64,000 nucleotides of DNA from positions 5,653 through 69,652 of the forward strand of contig NZ_CAXVWM010000117.1 of NCBI RefSeq assembly GCF_964263775.1, in the 5' to 3' direction. Below are positions 25,697-35,035 of this stretch, in pieces (within the stretch, counting starts at the first letter, position 1; every line of letters starts with the position of its first letter). The notes under the pieces are model-generated. The model did no database searches, was not told the origin of the DNA, and worked only from the letters and a program-made list of their open reading frames with translations. The stretch is from Agreia sp. GTDB taxonomy: Bacteria > Actinomycetota > Actinomycetes > Actinomycetales > Microbacteriaceae. The translations under genes and the position numbers were made by a program.

Positions 25697-28390
25697 GTGG
25701 TGTCGGATTCAGAAAAGCCTACCCTCCTCGTCGTCGACGGCCACTCGCTTGCTTTCCGGGCGTTCTACGCTCTTCCCGTCGACAGTTTCCAGACTCGCGA
25801 CGGGCAGCACACGAACGCCATCCACGGCTTCATCGCCATGCTCATCAACCTTCTGAAAGCCGAGAAGCCGACCCACATCGCCGTCGCGTTCGACATCTCG
25901 CGGTTCTCGTTCCGCACGCGTGAGTACCCCGACTACAAGGGCACCCGGGGCGAGACCCCGCCCGAGTTTAAGGGTCAGATTCCTCTTCTCGAAGAGGCGC
26001 TGCACGCCATGAACATCACCACGGTCTCGAAAGAAGACTACGAAGCCGACGACATCCTCGCCACGCTCGCCCGACAGGGCGAAGAGCAGGGTTACCGCGT
26101 CTTCGTCGTCTCCGGCGACCGAGACAGCATCCAGCTGATCCGACCCGATGTGACCCTGCTCTACCCGTCGGCGATGGGCGTCTCCCAGCTCACGCGGTAC
26201 GACGCAGAGAAGGTCTTCGAGAAATACGGGGTGCAGCCGCACCAGTATCCCGACATCGCCGCGCTCGTGGGCGAGACGAGCGACAACCTGATCGGGGTCG
26301 ACAAGGTCGGCCCGAAGACAGCCGCCAAGTGGCTCAACCTGTACGGCAGCCTCGAGGCGATCATCGAACGCCGCGACGAAATCAAGGGCGTCGTCGGCGA
26401 CAAGTTGCGTGAGCAGTACGAGAACGCGGTGCGCAACAGAAAGCTCAACCACCTTCTGACCGATGTCGAGCTGCCGGTCGGCCCGGCCGACCTCGAGCGC
26501 AAGCCCATCGACGAGCAGGCCCTGCGAGAGGTCTTCGGCCGGCTCGAATTCCGCACGCTCCTCGACCGCGTGCTCAAACTCGACGGCCAGGGTGCGGCAC
26601 CGGATGCGTCGGCCGCCCCCGGGGCGGCGGGTCCGCAATCCGTTCCCGCTACGATGACTGCACCGACCCCGGCAGCGCTCCTCGACGAAGAGCTCGAACT
26701 CTGGCTGACGCGGGCACAGAAAAGCAGTCCCGACGGGTTGGCCGTGTCGATCGAAGAGCAGGGAGGAGTGCCCATAGGCATCGGAGTCGCATCGGCGACC
26801 GAGAGCCTGTTTGTGCCCTGGAGCGCGGGCAGCCTCGACTACACGGCGCTGGAGTCCTGGCTGGCGAGCGACTCCCCGAAGATCATGCACGGCGCAAAAG
26901 AGCAGATCAAGGCTCTTCGCCGCGCCGGGCTGACCGTGTCGGGGCTGCGTTTCGATGTCACGATCGCCGCGTGGCTCGTCCGCCCCGATTCCTCGGCCGA
27001 CCGCTCACTGGCCGAGCTCGTCGACCGAACCCTGGCCGAAGTGCTTCCCTCGCCCGATCCGAATCAGCTCGTGCCCGACGACGACTCCGATGTCGGACCA
27101 GCCACCGAGGCATGGTACGTCTGCCGCGTCGCCGCCGCCCAGAGGGCCTCCCTCGACGACCGCACGATGCGGGTGCTCACAGACATCGAGATCCCCACGC
27201 TGATGGCGCTCGTCGACATGGAGCTCTTCGGCATCACCGTGAGCCACGACGAGCTCTCCGAGCTCTCGACCGAGCTGGCGGCCACGGCCACGGGCCTCGC
27301 CACCGATGCTTATGAGATCATCGGCGGCGAGATCAACCTCGGATCGCCGAAGCAGGTGCAAGAAGTGCTGTTCGACCGCCTCTCGATGCCCAAGACCCGA
27401 GCCACGAAGACGGGGTACTCCACAGATGCCGGCGCCCTCGCCGATCTCCAGGCATCCAGCCCGCATCCCTTCTTGGGCCTGCTGCTGCAACACCGCGACG
27501 CCACGAAGCTTCGCCAGATCATCGAGACCGTCGACAAGGCCATCGCGCCCGATGGCCGGGTGCACACCCGCTACGTGCAAACGGGCTCCAGCACGGGGCG
27601 CATCTCCTCGACAGACCCGAACCTGCAGAACATTCCCGTGCGCGCAGAAGAAGGCCGTCGCATCCGGCACGCCTTTCAGGTGGGCGAGGGGTTCGAGACG
27701 CTTCTCACCGCCGACTACTCGCAGATCGAGATGCGCATCATGGCGCACCTCTCGGGCGACGACGGCCTCATCACTGCGTTCACCGAAGGTGAAGACCTGC
27801 ACCGGTTCGTCGGGGCACACGTGTTCGGCGTCGAGCCTGCAGACGTCACGTCGGCCATGCGCACGAAGGTGAAGGCCATGTCGTACGGCCTCGCGTACGG
27901 CCTCAGTGCGTTCGGCCTCTCCAAGCAGCTGCGCATCGAGTCGAGCGAAGCCAAGAAGCTCATGTCCGACTACTTCGAGCGTTTCGGCGCCGTGCGGGAT
28001 TTTCTTCGCAACGTCGTGCTGCAGGCGAAAGAAGACGGGTACACCGAGACGATCTTCGGCAGGCGGCGTCCCTTCGCGAACCTCAACAGCGCCAACAGGG
28101 TGCTTCGAGACAACGATGAACGCGCAGCCCTGAACGCGCCCATTCAGGGAACCGCGGCCGACATCATCAAGATCGCGATGATCAACATCGCTCACGACCT
28201 GAACGAGCAGCAACTCGCCTCCCGCATGCTGCTGCAGGTGCACGACGAGCTCGTCTTCGACGTGGCTCACGGAGAATGGGAGACCCTGTCGGGCATTGTG
28301 ACCGCACGCATGAGCACCGCGGCCGAGCTCAGGGTTCCGCTCGAGGTGCAGGTGGGGCGAGGGGCCAACTGGAACGACGCCGCTCACTGA
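25697..28390 (+). CDS. polA: DNA polymerase I
   Basis: 897 aa. 5'-nuclease N-terminus LLVVDGHSLAFRAFYA, and polymerase motifs DYSQIEMRIMAHLS and LQVHDELVFDV. Confidence 0.97.
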   Translation: MVSDSEKPTLLVVDGHSLAFRAFYALPVDSFQTRDGQHTNAIHGFIAMLINLLKAEKPTHIAVAFDISRFSFRTREYPDYKGTRGETPPEFKGQIPLLEEALHAMNITTVSKEDYEADDILATLARQGEEQGYRVFVVSGDRDSIQLIRPDVTLLYPSAMGVSQLTRYDAEKVFEKYGVQPHQYPDIAALVGETSDNLIGVDKVGPKTAAKWLNLYGSLEAIIERRDEIKGVVGDKLREQYENAVRNRKLNHLLTDVELPVGPADLERKPIDEQALREVFGRLEFRTLLDRVLKLDGQGAAPDASAAPGAAGPQSVPATMTAPTPAALLDEELELWLTRAQKSSPDGLAVSIEEQGGVPIGIGVASATESLFVPWSAGSLDYTALESWLASDSPKIMHGAKEQIKALRRAGLTVSGLRFDVTIAAWLVRPDSSADRSLAELVDRTLAEVLPSPDPNQLVPDDDSDVGPATEAWYVCRVAAAQRASLDDRTMRVLTDIEIPTLMALVDMELFGITVSHDELSELSTELAATATGLATDAYEIIGGEINLGSPKQVQEVLFDRLSMPKTRATKTGYSTDAGALADLQASSPHPFLGLLLQHRDATKLRQIIETVDKAIAPDGRVHTRYVQTGSSTGRISSTDPNLQNIPVRAEEGRRIRHAFQVGEGFETLLTADYSQIEMRIMAHLSGDDGLITAFTEGEDLHRFVGAHVFGVEPADVTSAMRTKVKAMSYGLAYGLSAFGLSKQLRIESSEAKKLMSDYFERFGAVRDFLRNVVLQAKEDGYTETIFGRRRPFANLNSANRVLRDNDERAALNAPIQGTAADIIKIAMINIAHDLNEQQLASRMLLQVHDELVFDVAHGEWETLSGIVTARMSTAAELRVPLEVQVGRGANWNDAAH

Positions 28391-28451
28391 TCCGCGCGGT
28401 CGCAGTCGCGACACCATTCGGACACCCTCAGTACGCCCGCACGACACCCCG

Positions 28452-29015
28452 GTGGCCGAGACTGTCGATGTGACGACGACGGCGAGCATCGTGTTCTCAT
28501 CGTTCACCTCTGCCGCAGACCCCATGCCCCGGGCGTGGTCGAGGTTTCGCGATCAGCTGACGTCGACCGATCAGCGACCCGTGGATGGACTCGCCGATCC
28601 GCAGTCCGGGTCCGTGTGCGTATGGCGCCTCCTCGCAAGCAACAATCGTGAACTCGCACGCAGTGCCGTGCTCTACCGATCATTCGACGATGCCCGCGCC
28701 GCCGTCTTCGCAGCACGCCTCCCGCGACAGGACTTCGAGATCCGATCGGTGCACGGACCGAACGCGGGCACGCACGGATGGTTCGCCCAGGAACCGGATG
28801 GGTCGCCCCTGATGACCTGCGGTCGGTGGTACGGCGCCCATGCCGCGAGCGTGGATGCCGCCCAGCACTCGATCGAGGCTTTCTGCCTCGCGACGGTGCT
28901 CGCCGAGGGCCCTCGGCGACTGTCCCCCGATAGGCGACGATCGGTCCGCGAGCCGGCGACCGCTCGTGCGCACGTCGAGCCCCTGTCGGAGGGGATCGTT
29001 AGGCTGAAGGCATGA
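28452..29015 (+). CDS. Hypothetical protein, possibly with two divergent YegP/DUF1508-like repeats
   Basis: Stop overlaps the next gene's ATG (ATGA at 29012-29015), which supports translation. WRLLASNNRELARSAVLYRSFDDARAAV and WFAQEPDGSPLMTCGRWYGAHAASVDAAQHSIEAF loosely fit the DUF1508 pattern. Start is uncertain (GTG 28452 or ATG 28524). Confidence 0.45.
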   Translation: MAETVDVTTTASIVFSSFTSAADPMPRAWSRFRDQLTSTDQRPVDGLADPQSGSVCVWRLLASNNRELARSAVLYRSFDDARAAVFAARLPRQDFEIRSVHGPNAGTHGWFAQEPDGSPLMTCGRWYGAHAASVDAAQHSIEAFCLATVLAEGPRRLSPDRRRSVREPATARAHVEPLSEGIVRLKA

Positions 29016-30712
29016 TCGCTTCCGCCACGCCTCCCGCGCGCACACCCACAGAGATCGACGCGATCGCCGAGGCCTGGGTCGACACGCTTGTTCGTCTTGA
29101 GCCCACCCTCGGCACCTACATCGGCCGCCTCGAAGCGAATTCCCGGATCGGCGACCTGTCGCCGTCCGGCCACGATCTCTTCATGGCCGAGGTCCGACGA
29201 ACACAGTCCCGGCTCGCCGAGGCGGTACCGGTCGACGACGTCGATCGGGTCACACACCTCGACCTCGGCAGTTCACTCCAGCTCGCCATCGAGAGTGCCG
29301 ACGTCGGCCTCCACCTGCGCGACCTCAACGTCATCGCCTCGCCTTCCCAAGACATCCGTGAGGTGTTCGATCTGATGCCGACAGACACGGCGGCAGATTG
29401 GCAGGTCATCGACACCCGCCTCCGTGCCGTGCCCGATGCGCTCGCCGGCTACGTCGAGACGCTGCGGCAGGGAATCACCGAGAACATAGTGCCGGCCAGG
29501 CGTCAGGTCATCGAGGTTCTGGCGCAGGCGCGCAAAAATGCGTCCCACGACGGCTTTTTCGCCACCCTTCCCACCGGCGCTCCCCCCGAATCCGCGACGG
29601 ATTCGCTGATCGATGCGGCTGCCGTCGCGGCAGGCGGATACACGCAGTTCGCAGATTTTCTCGAAAACGAACTCCTGTCGTCGGCAACGCCCGTGGATGC
29701 GGTGGGCCGGCAGATCTACGCGCTGCGGTCGCGCCAGTTCCTGGGCGCCACGATCGATCTCGACGAAACCTACGAGTGGGGGATCACCGAGCTCGCACGT
29801 ATGACGCGTGAACAGGAGGCCATCGCCGACGAGATCCTGCCCGGCGCATCCGTGCACGAAGCCATCGCGCACCTCGACGCCGACGACACGCGAAAACTTC
29901 GCGGCACCGATGCTCTCAAGCGATGGATGCAGGAGACGAGCGACCGCGCGGTCGACGAGCTCTCGCGCAGCCACTTCGACATCCCCGACGAGATCCGCGC
30001 CCTGGAGTGCATGATCGCGCCCACAGACGAAGGCGGCATCTACTACACGGGTCCGACTGACGACTTCTCTCGTCCCGGGCGCATGTGGTGGTCGGTGCCC
30101 GCGGGCGTCACCACGTTCGACACCTGGCGCGAACTCACGACGGTCTACCACGAGGGCGTTCCCGGACACCACCTGCAGATCGGTCAGGCCGTCTACAACA
30201 GGGCCACGTTGAACACCTGGCGCCGCCAGCTGGCGGGATCGTCCGGGCATGCCGAGGGATGGGCACTCTACGCCGAGCGCCTGATGCACGAACTGGGCTA
30301 CCTCGACGATCCGGCCGACAGGCTCGGCATGCTCGACGGCCAGCGCATGCGGGCGGCCCGGGTAGTGCTCGACATCGGCGTGCACCTCGGCAAAGAGCGC
30401 CCTGATGGCGGCGGCGTGTGGGACGCCGACTATGCACTGGAGTTCATGCGGGCGAATGTCAACATGGATGACGCGTTCATTCGCTTCGAGGTGAATCGCT
30501 ACCTCGGCTGGCCCGGACAGGCGCCGTCGTACAAGGTCGGCCAGCGCATCTGGGAACAGCTCCGAGACGACTATCGGTTGCAGCGGGGCGACGCGTACGA
30601 CGCCAAGGAGTTCCACCGAAGGGCCCTCGACCTGGGCGGGGTCGGGCTCGACACCCTGCAGCGGTTTCTGCTGGTCGACGCGCCGAAAGCGTCCGAAAAA
30701 GCCGTGTCATGA
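29012..30712 (+). CDS. DUF885 family protein (predicted metallopeptidase-like)
   Basis: 566 aa. YHEGVPGHHLQ motif and the overall DUF885 layout (..GWALYAERLM..). Confidence 0.75.
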   Translation: MIASATPPARTPTEIDAIAEAWVDTLVRLEPTLGTYIGRLEANSRIGDLSPSGHDLFMAEVRRTQSRLAEAVPVDDVDRVTHLDLGSSLQLAIESADVGLHLRDLNVIASPSQDIREVFDLMPTDTAADWQVIDTRLRAVPDALAGYVETLRQGITENIVPARRQVIEVLAQARKNASHDGFFATLPTGAPPESATDSLIDAAAVAAGGYTQFADFLENELLSSATPVDAVGRQIYALRSRQFLGATIDLDETYEWGITELARMTREQEAIADEILPGASVHEAIAHLDADDTRKLRGTDALKRWMQETSDRAVDELSRSHFDIPDEIRALECMIAPTDEGGIYYTGPTDDFSRPGRMWWSVPAGVTTFDTWRELTTVYHEGVPGHHLQIGQAVYNRATLNTWRRQLAGSSGHAEGWALYAERLMHELGYLDDPADRLGMLDGQRMRAARVVLDIGVHLGKERPDGGGVWDADYALEFMRANVNMDDAFIRFEVNRYLGWPGQAPSYKVGQRIWEQLRDDYRLQRGDAYDAKEFHRRALDLGGVGLDTLQRFLLVDAPKASEKAVS

Positions 30713-31587
30713 CCGACTCCACACCCGCCGGCTGGTACCCCGAGCCCGATTCCTCGCGTGAGCGCTGGTGGGACGGCAGAGCCTGGACCGACCAGACGCA
30801 GGATCGTGCGCCGTCACCGGCGCCGGCGACGGCACGAACCGCCCGACCGATCTGGCCCTGGATCCTCGGCGGGTCGGCAGTAGTCGTGGTGGCGATCGCC
30901 GTAGTGACGGTACTGATCCTCACCAGCGTTCTCGGTTCGCTTGTGCGCTCCTCGACAAAAGATGACGGCGCTTCCCGAAAGTCATCGGCTTCGTCGGCGG
31001 CGCCCGGCGGAGCGACGGGCGACGGGATCGTACTCGGCTCCGGGGGAGACGATGCCGTTCGTGTCGTCACCTACATCGACTACTTCTGTCCATTTTGCGG
31101 CCAGTTCGAGGCCACCAACGCCAGGCAGCTGTCGGATTGGGTGGAGAGCGGCGACGTCGTACTCGAGGTGCATCCGATCGCCATCCTCGACCGCTCGTCG
31201 CTCGGAACGAAGTATTCCACCCGCGCCGCCAATGCTGCCGCCTGTGTGGCCGACTCGGCACCCGATCGATTCGCATCGTTCAACGCGTTGTTGTTCGAAA
31301 ATCAACCCGAAGAGAACACCGAGGGATTGAGTGACGCCGATCTGATCGGTCTCGTCGACGAGGCCGAAGCGCTCGAAGGAACCGGTGTCGCCGACTGCAT
31401 CGACACGGGCCGGTTCATCGACTGGGTGACAGACGCGACAGCCCGGGCGCTGAAGGGTCCCCTTCCGAACTCCGACGTCGACACGCTCTCCGGCACGCCC
31501 ACCGTCATCGTCGACGGCGTGCAGTACTTGGGCGGCCTCGACGATCCTGAGGAGTTCGCCGACTTCGTGCTTCGAGGCGAGAGCTGA
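30709..31587 (+). CDS. Membrane-anchored DsbA-family thiol:disulfide oxidoreductase with an N-terminal DUF2510-like motif
   Basis: GWYPEPDSSRERWWDGRAWT (DUF2510-like), one TM helix (IWPWILGGSAVVVVAIAVVTVLIL), then a thioredoxin fold with CPFC (YIDYFCPFCGQFE). ATG overlaps the DUF885 stop. Confidence 0.75.
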   Translation: MTDSTPAGWYPEPDSSRERWWDGRAWTDQTQDRAPSPAPATARTARPIWPWILGGSAVVVVAIAVVTVLILTSVLGSLVRSSTKDDGASRKSSASSAAPGGATGDGIVLGSGGDDAVRVVTYIDYFCPFCGQFEATNARQLSDWVESGDVVLEVHPIAILDRSSLGTKYSTRAANAAACVADSAPDRFASFNALLFENQPEENTEGLSDADLIGLVDEAEALEGTGVADCIDTGRFIDWVTDATARALKGPLPNSDVDTLSGTPTVIVDGVQYLGGLDDPEEFADFVLRGES

Positions 31588-31601
31588 AGCCCCTCGACGT
31601 G

Positions 31602-31631
31602 TTGCTGAGCGCGGATTCACGGGGCTAGAAT
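31602..31631 (+). promoter_or_regulatory. Candidate SigA-type promoter for rpsA (TTGCTG - 18 nt - TAGAAT)
   Basis: Hexamers read directly at 31602-31607 and 31626-31631, about 120 nt upstream of the rpsA ATG. A hairpin tggcac-gtttt-gtgcca (31636-31652) follows. Confidence 0.4.
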
Positions 31632-31749
31632 GACTTGGCACGTTTTGTGCCATCCCATCCGCTCGCCGTCGGCAGAGCAGTCCTGCTCGAAATCCTCGAA
31701 CTCGTCTGTCGTCGGCCTGATATATGTCCATCCTGGAGCATTTACTTTT

Positions 31750-33204
31750 ATGACAATCGCAACGACCGACAGAGTAGCCAAGCAGGTCGCAATCAACGAC
31801 ATTGGCTCGGCAGAAGACTTTCTCGCCGCGGTCGAAAAGACACTGAAGTTCTTCAACGACGGAGACCTCATCGAGGGCACCGTTGTAAAGATCGACCGCG
31901 ACGAGGTTCTCCTCGACGTGGGCTACAAGACCGAGGGTGTCATTCCCTCGCGCGAACTCTCCATCAAGCACGACGTCGACCCCACCGAGGTCGTCAAGGT
32001 CGGCGACCTGGTCGAGGCCCTCGTCCTTCAGAAAGAAGACAAAGAAGGCCGCCTGATCCTCTCCAAGAAGCGCGCTCAGTACGAGCGTGCGTGGGGAGAC
32101 GTCGAGAAGATCAAAGACGCAGACGGTGTCGTCACCGGTAGCGTCATCGAGGTCGTCAAGGGTGGACTCATCGTCGACATCGGACTCCGAGGCTTCCTGC
32201 CCGCGTCGCTCATCGAGCTTCGCCGCGTGCGCGACCTCACGCCCTACCTGGGCCAGGAGATCGAGGCCAAGATCCTCGAGCTCGACAAGAACCGCAACAA
32301 CGTGGTCCTGTCGCGTCGCGCCCTTCTCGAGCAGACCCAGTCCGAGAGTCGCACCACGTTCCTCAACAACCTCCAGAAGGGACAGGTCCGCAAGGGCGTC
32401 GTCTCGTCGATCGTGAACTTCGGTGCATTCGTCGACCTGGGTGGGGTCGACGGACTGGTCCACGTCTCCGAACTCAGCTGGAAGCACATCGAGCACGCAT
32501 CCGAGGTCGTCGAGGTCGGCCAGGAGGTCACCGTCGAGATCCTCGAGGTCGACCTCGACCGCGAGCGTGTCTCCCTGTCGCTCAAGGCGACGCAGGAAGA
32601 CCCATGGCAGGTCTTCGCCCGCACCCACGCAATCGGACAGGTTGCCCCGGGTAAGGTCACGAAGCTGGTTCCCTTCGGCGCATTCGTTCGCGTCGCCGAG
32701 GGCATCGAGGGTCTCGTGCACATCTCCGAGCTGTCGGGCAAGCACGTCGAACTCGCCGAACAGGTCGTCTCGGTCGGCGACGAGGTCTTCGTCAAGGTCA
32801 TCGACATCGACCTCGAGCGTCGCCGCATCTCACTGAGCCTCAAGCAGGCCAACGAAGGCGTCGACCCCGAGGGCACCGAGTTCGACCCGGCCCTCTACGG
32901 CATGCTCACCGAGTACGACGACCAGGGAAACTACAAGTTCCCCGAGGGCTTCGACCCGGAGACGAACGAGTGGCGCGAGGGCTTCGAGACCCAGCGCGAG
33001 AAGTGGGAGCAGGACTACGCTGCGGCCCAGGCTCGCTGGGAGGCCCACAAGAAGCAGGTTGCCACGAGCAACGCCGAGGTCGCTACGGGCGACGGCGCCA
33101 GCGCTGGTTCAACCTTCTCGAGCGAGTCGACCGGAGCCGGCACGCTTGCCGACGACGAGACCCTCGCCGCGCTTCGCGAGAAGCTGTCGAGCAGCAACTC
33201 CTAA
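31750..33204 (+). CDS. rpsA: 30S ribosomal protein S1
   Basis: Four S1 repeats (e.g. GTVVKIDRDEVLLDVGYKTEGVIP, GSVIEVVKGGLIVDIGLRGFLP, GVVSSIVNFGAFVDLGGVDGLVH, GKVTKLVPFGAFVRVAEGIEGLVH). Start at ATG 31750 (MTIATTD). Confidence 0.96.
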   Translation: MTIATTDRVAKQVAINDIGSAEDFLAAVEKTLKFFNDGDLIEGTVVKIDRDEVLLDVGYKTEGVIPSRELSIKHDVDPTEVVKVGDLVEALVLQKEDKEGRLILSKKRAQYERAWGDVEKIKDADGVVTGSVIEVVKGGLIVDIGLRGFLPASLIELRRVRDLTPYLGQEIEAKILELDKNRNNVVLSRRALLEQTQSESRTTFLNNLQKGQVRKGVVSSIVNFGAFVDLGGVDGLVHVSELSWKHIEHASEVVEVGQEVTVEILEVDLDRERVSLSLKATQEDPWQVFARTHAIGQVAPGKVTKLVPFGAFVRVAEGIEGLVHISELSGKHVELAEQVVSVGDEVFVKVIDIDLERRRISLSLKQANEGVDPEGTEFDPALYGMLTEYDDQGNYKFPEGFDPETNEWREGFETQREKWEQDYAAAQARWEAHKKQVATSNAEVATGDGASAGSTFSSESTGAGTLADDETLAALREKLSSSNS

Positions 33205-33216
33205 GTTGCACCGCAG

Positions 33217-33242
33217 AACGGCCGTCCTTCGGGGCGGCCGTT
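33217..33242 (+). terminator. rpsA terminator hairpin with a UUCG tetraloop
   Basis: aacggccgtcc-ttcg-gggcggccgtt gives an 11-bp stem (one G-U pair) 13 nt after the rpsA stop. Weak U-tail. Confidence 0.55.
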
Positions 33243-33297
33243 CCGCCGTTAAGGAACACACGGGAAAGCGATGGCACCTCGCAGCTAGCATTGAATC

Positions 33298-33927
33298 ATG
33301 TTCATCGTGGGCCTCACCGGCGGAATCGCGTCAGGAAAATCTACTGTGGCCCGGCGACTCGTCGAGCACGGCGCCGTGCACGTCGACGCGGATGCCATCT
33401 CCCGCGAGGTCGTCGACGAATCCACCCCCGGACTGGCGGAGGTCGTTCGCGAGTTCGGTACCTCGGTTCTTGCCGCCGACGGCTCGCTCGACCGGGCGGC
33501 GCTGGGGGGCATCGTCTTCGCCGATCCCGAGGCCCGCATCCGTCTCGAGGGCATCGTGCACCCGCGTGTGCACGCGCGCACGGCGGAGCTGATCGCCGAG
33601 GCCGGGGCCGCAGATGCCGCGGCGGTCATCGTCTACGACGTTCCGCTCCTCGTCGAGGCCCGCCGGGAGCTCCGGTTCGACCTCATCGTCGTGTGCGAAG
33701 CGCCTGCCGAGGTGCGCATCGAGCGGCTGCTCGCGCACCGCAAAATGACCCGCGGCGAGGCAGAACGGCGCATCGCGGCGCAGGCCACCGACGCCGAGCG
33801 GCGCGCCGTCGCCGACGTCGTCATCGACACCTCGTCGTCGCTGCAGCACACCCTCGACTCAGTTGACGAGCTGTGGATCGACCTGGCCGTACGGGCCGAG
33901 GACAGGGCGCGCGTCGATGAGAACTGA
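33298..33927 (+). CDS. coaE: Dephospho-CoA kinase
   Basis: VGLTGGIASGKST P-loop, and the conserved position after rpsA. Confidence 0.92.
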   Translation: MFIVGLTGGIASGKSTVARRLVEHGAVHVDADAISREVVDESTPGLAEVVREFGTSVLAADGSLDRAALGGIVFADPEARIRLEGIVHPRVHARTAELIAEAGAADAAAVIVYDVPLLVEARRELRFDLIVVCEAPAEVRIERLLAHRKMTRGEAERRIAAQATDAERRAVADVVIDTSSSLQHTLDSVDELWIDLAVRAEDRARVDEN

Positions 33928-34956
33928 CTAGCCGAACAGCAGGGCGGCCTCGTCGTAGCGGTGCTGCGGAACGGTCTTGAGCTTGCCGAGGGCCTCGGCG
34001 AATCCGACGGTGACGATCTCCGTGCCCTTGAGTGCGACCATCTGCCCCCAGGCCTTGTCGCCGATGATGTCGCTTGCGGCCATGCCGAGGCGGGTCGCGA
34101 GCACGCGGTCGTAGGCGCTCGGAACGCCTCCGCGCTGAATGTGTCCGAGCGTCGTGGCCCGGGTCTCTATGCCGGTGATCGATTCGATCAGGGGGGCGAT
34201 CCGCTCGCCGATGCCCCCGAGTCGCGGCCGGCCGAACGCATCCAGGCCCCGCTCGGAATGCGGGTCGTCCATGCTGTCGGGCATGAAGCCCTCGGCCACG
34301 ACGACCAGCGGAGCGCGGCCGCGATCGTACGCGCTCTGCACCCACTCGCACATCTGCTCGACGCTCGTCTTCTGTTCGGGAATGAGGATCGCGTGCGCCC
34401 CGGAGGCCATGCCCGAGTGCAGGGCGATCCAGCCCACGTGCCGCCCCATCACCTCGGCGACCATGCAGCGGCTGTGCGACTCTCCGGTCGTGCGCAGGCG
34501 ATCCATGGCGTCGGTGGCGATCTGCACCGCCGTGTCGAACCCGAAGGTGTAGTCCGTGGCATCGAGATCGTTGTCGACCGTCTTGGGAACCCCGACGATC
34601 TTCAATCCGGCATCGGTGAGCCGCTTCGCCGCCGCGAGGGTTCCCTCGCCGCCGATGGCCATGATCGCATCGATTCCCAGGCGTTCCATGTTGGCGGTGA
34701 TGTTCTCCGGTCCGCCGTTCTCGCCTTCGAACGGGTTGGTGCGCGACGTACCGAGAATGGTGCCGCCCTGCTTGGCGATGCCGCGGATGTTGTGGCGGGT
34801 GAGTTCCATGATGTCGGCGTTGACGACACCCCTCCAGCCGTCGCGGAACCCGACGAACTCCTGGCCGTTGATCTCGGTGCCTTTCAGAACTGCGCCGCGG
34901 ATGACCGCGTTGAGTCCGGGACAGTCGCCGCCCGAGGTGAGAATGCCGATGCGCAT
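33928..34956 (-). CDS. pfkA: 6-phosphofructokinase
   Basis: Motifs MRIGILTSGGDCPGLNAVIRG, VGVPKTVDNDL and MGRHVGWIAL. Start at the internal ATG (34956). Its stop abuts the coaE stop with no spacer. Confidence 0.93.
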   Translation of the reverse strand: MRIGILTSGGDCPGLNAVIRGAVLKGTEINGQEFVGFRDGWRGVVNADIMELTRHNIRGIAKQGGTILGTSRTNPFEGENGGPENITANMERLGIDAIMAIGGEGTLAAAKRLTDAGLKIVGVPKTVDNDLDATDYTFGFDTAVQIATDAMDRLRTTGESHSRCMVAEVMGRHVGWIALHSGMASGAHAILIPEQKTSVEQMCEWVQSAYDRGRAPLVVVAEGFMPDSMDDPHSERGLDAFGRPRLGGIGERIAPLIESITGIETRATTLGHIQRGGVPSAYDRVLATRLGMAASDIIGDKAWGQMVALKGTEIVTVGFAEALGKLKTVPQHRYDEAALLFG

Positions 34957-35035
34957 GGCGCCGCTCCTGTTCGAAAGAATCCGTTTCCGCTGCCAGGCAG
35001 GGACCAGTGTCACTACCCCGACCTAAACTTATTGC

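Noticed and set aside
33925-33930. coaE and pfkA stop codons abut (TGA immediately followed by CTA) with zero intergenic spacer and no terminator
   Set aside because: Compact convergent gene ends occur in GC-rich genomes. There is nothing further to test from sequence. Noted only as a curiosity.
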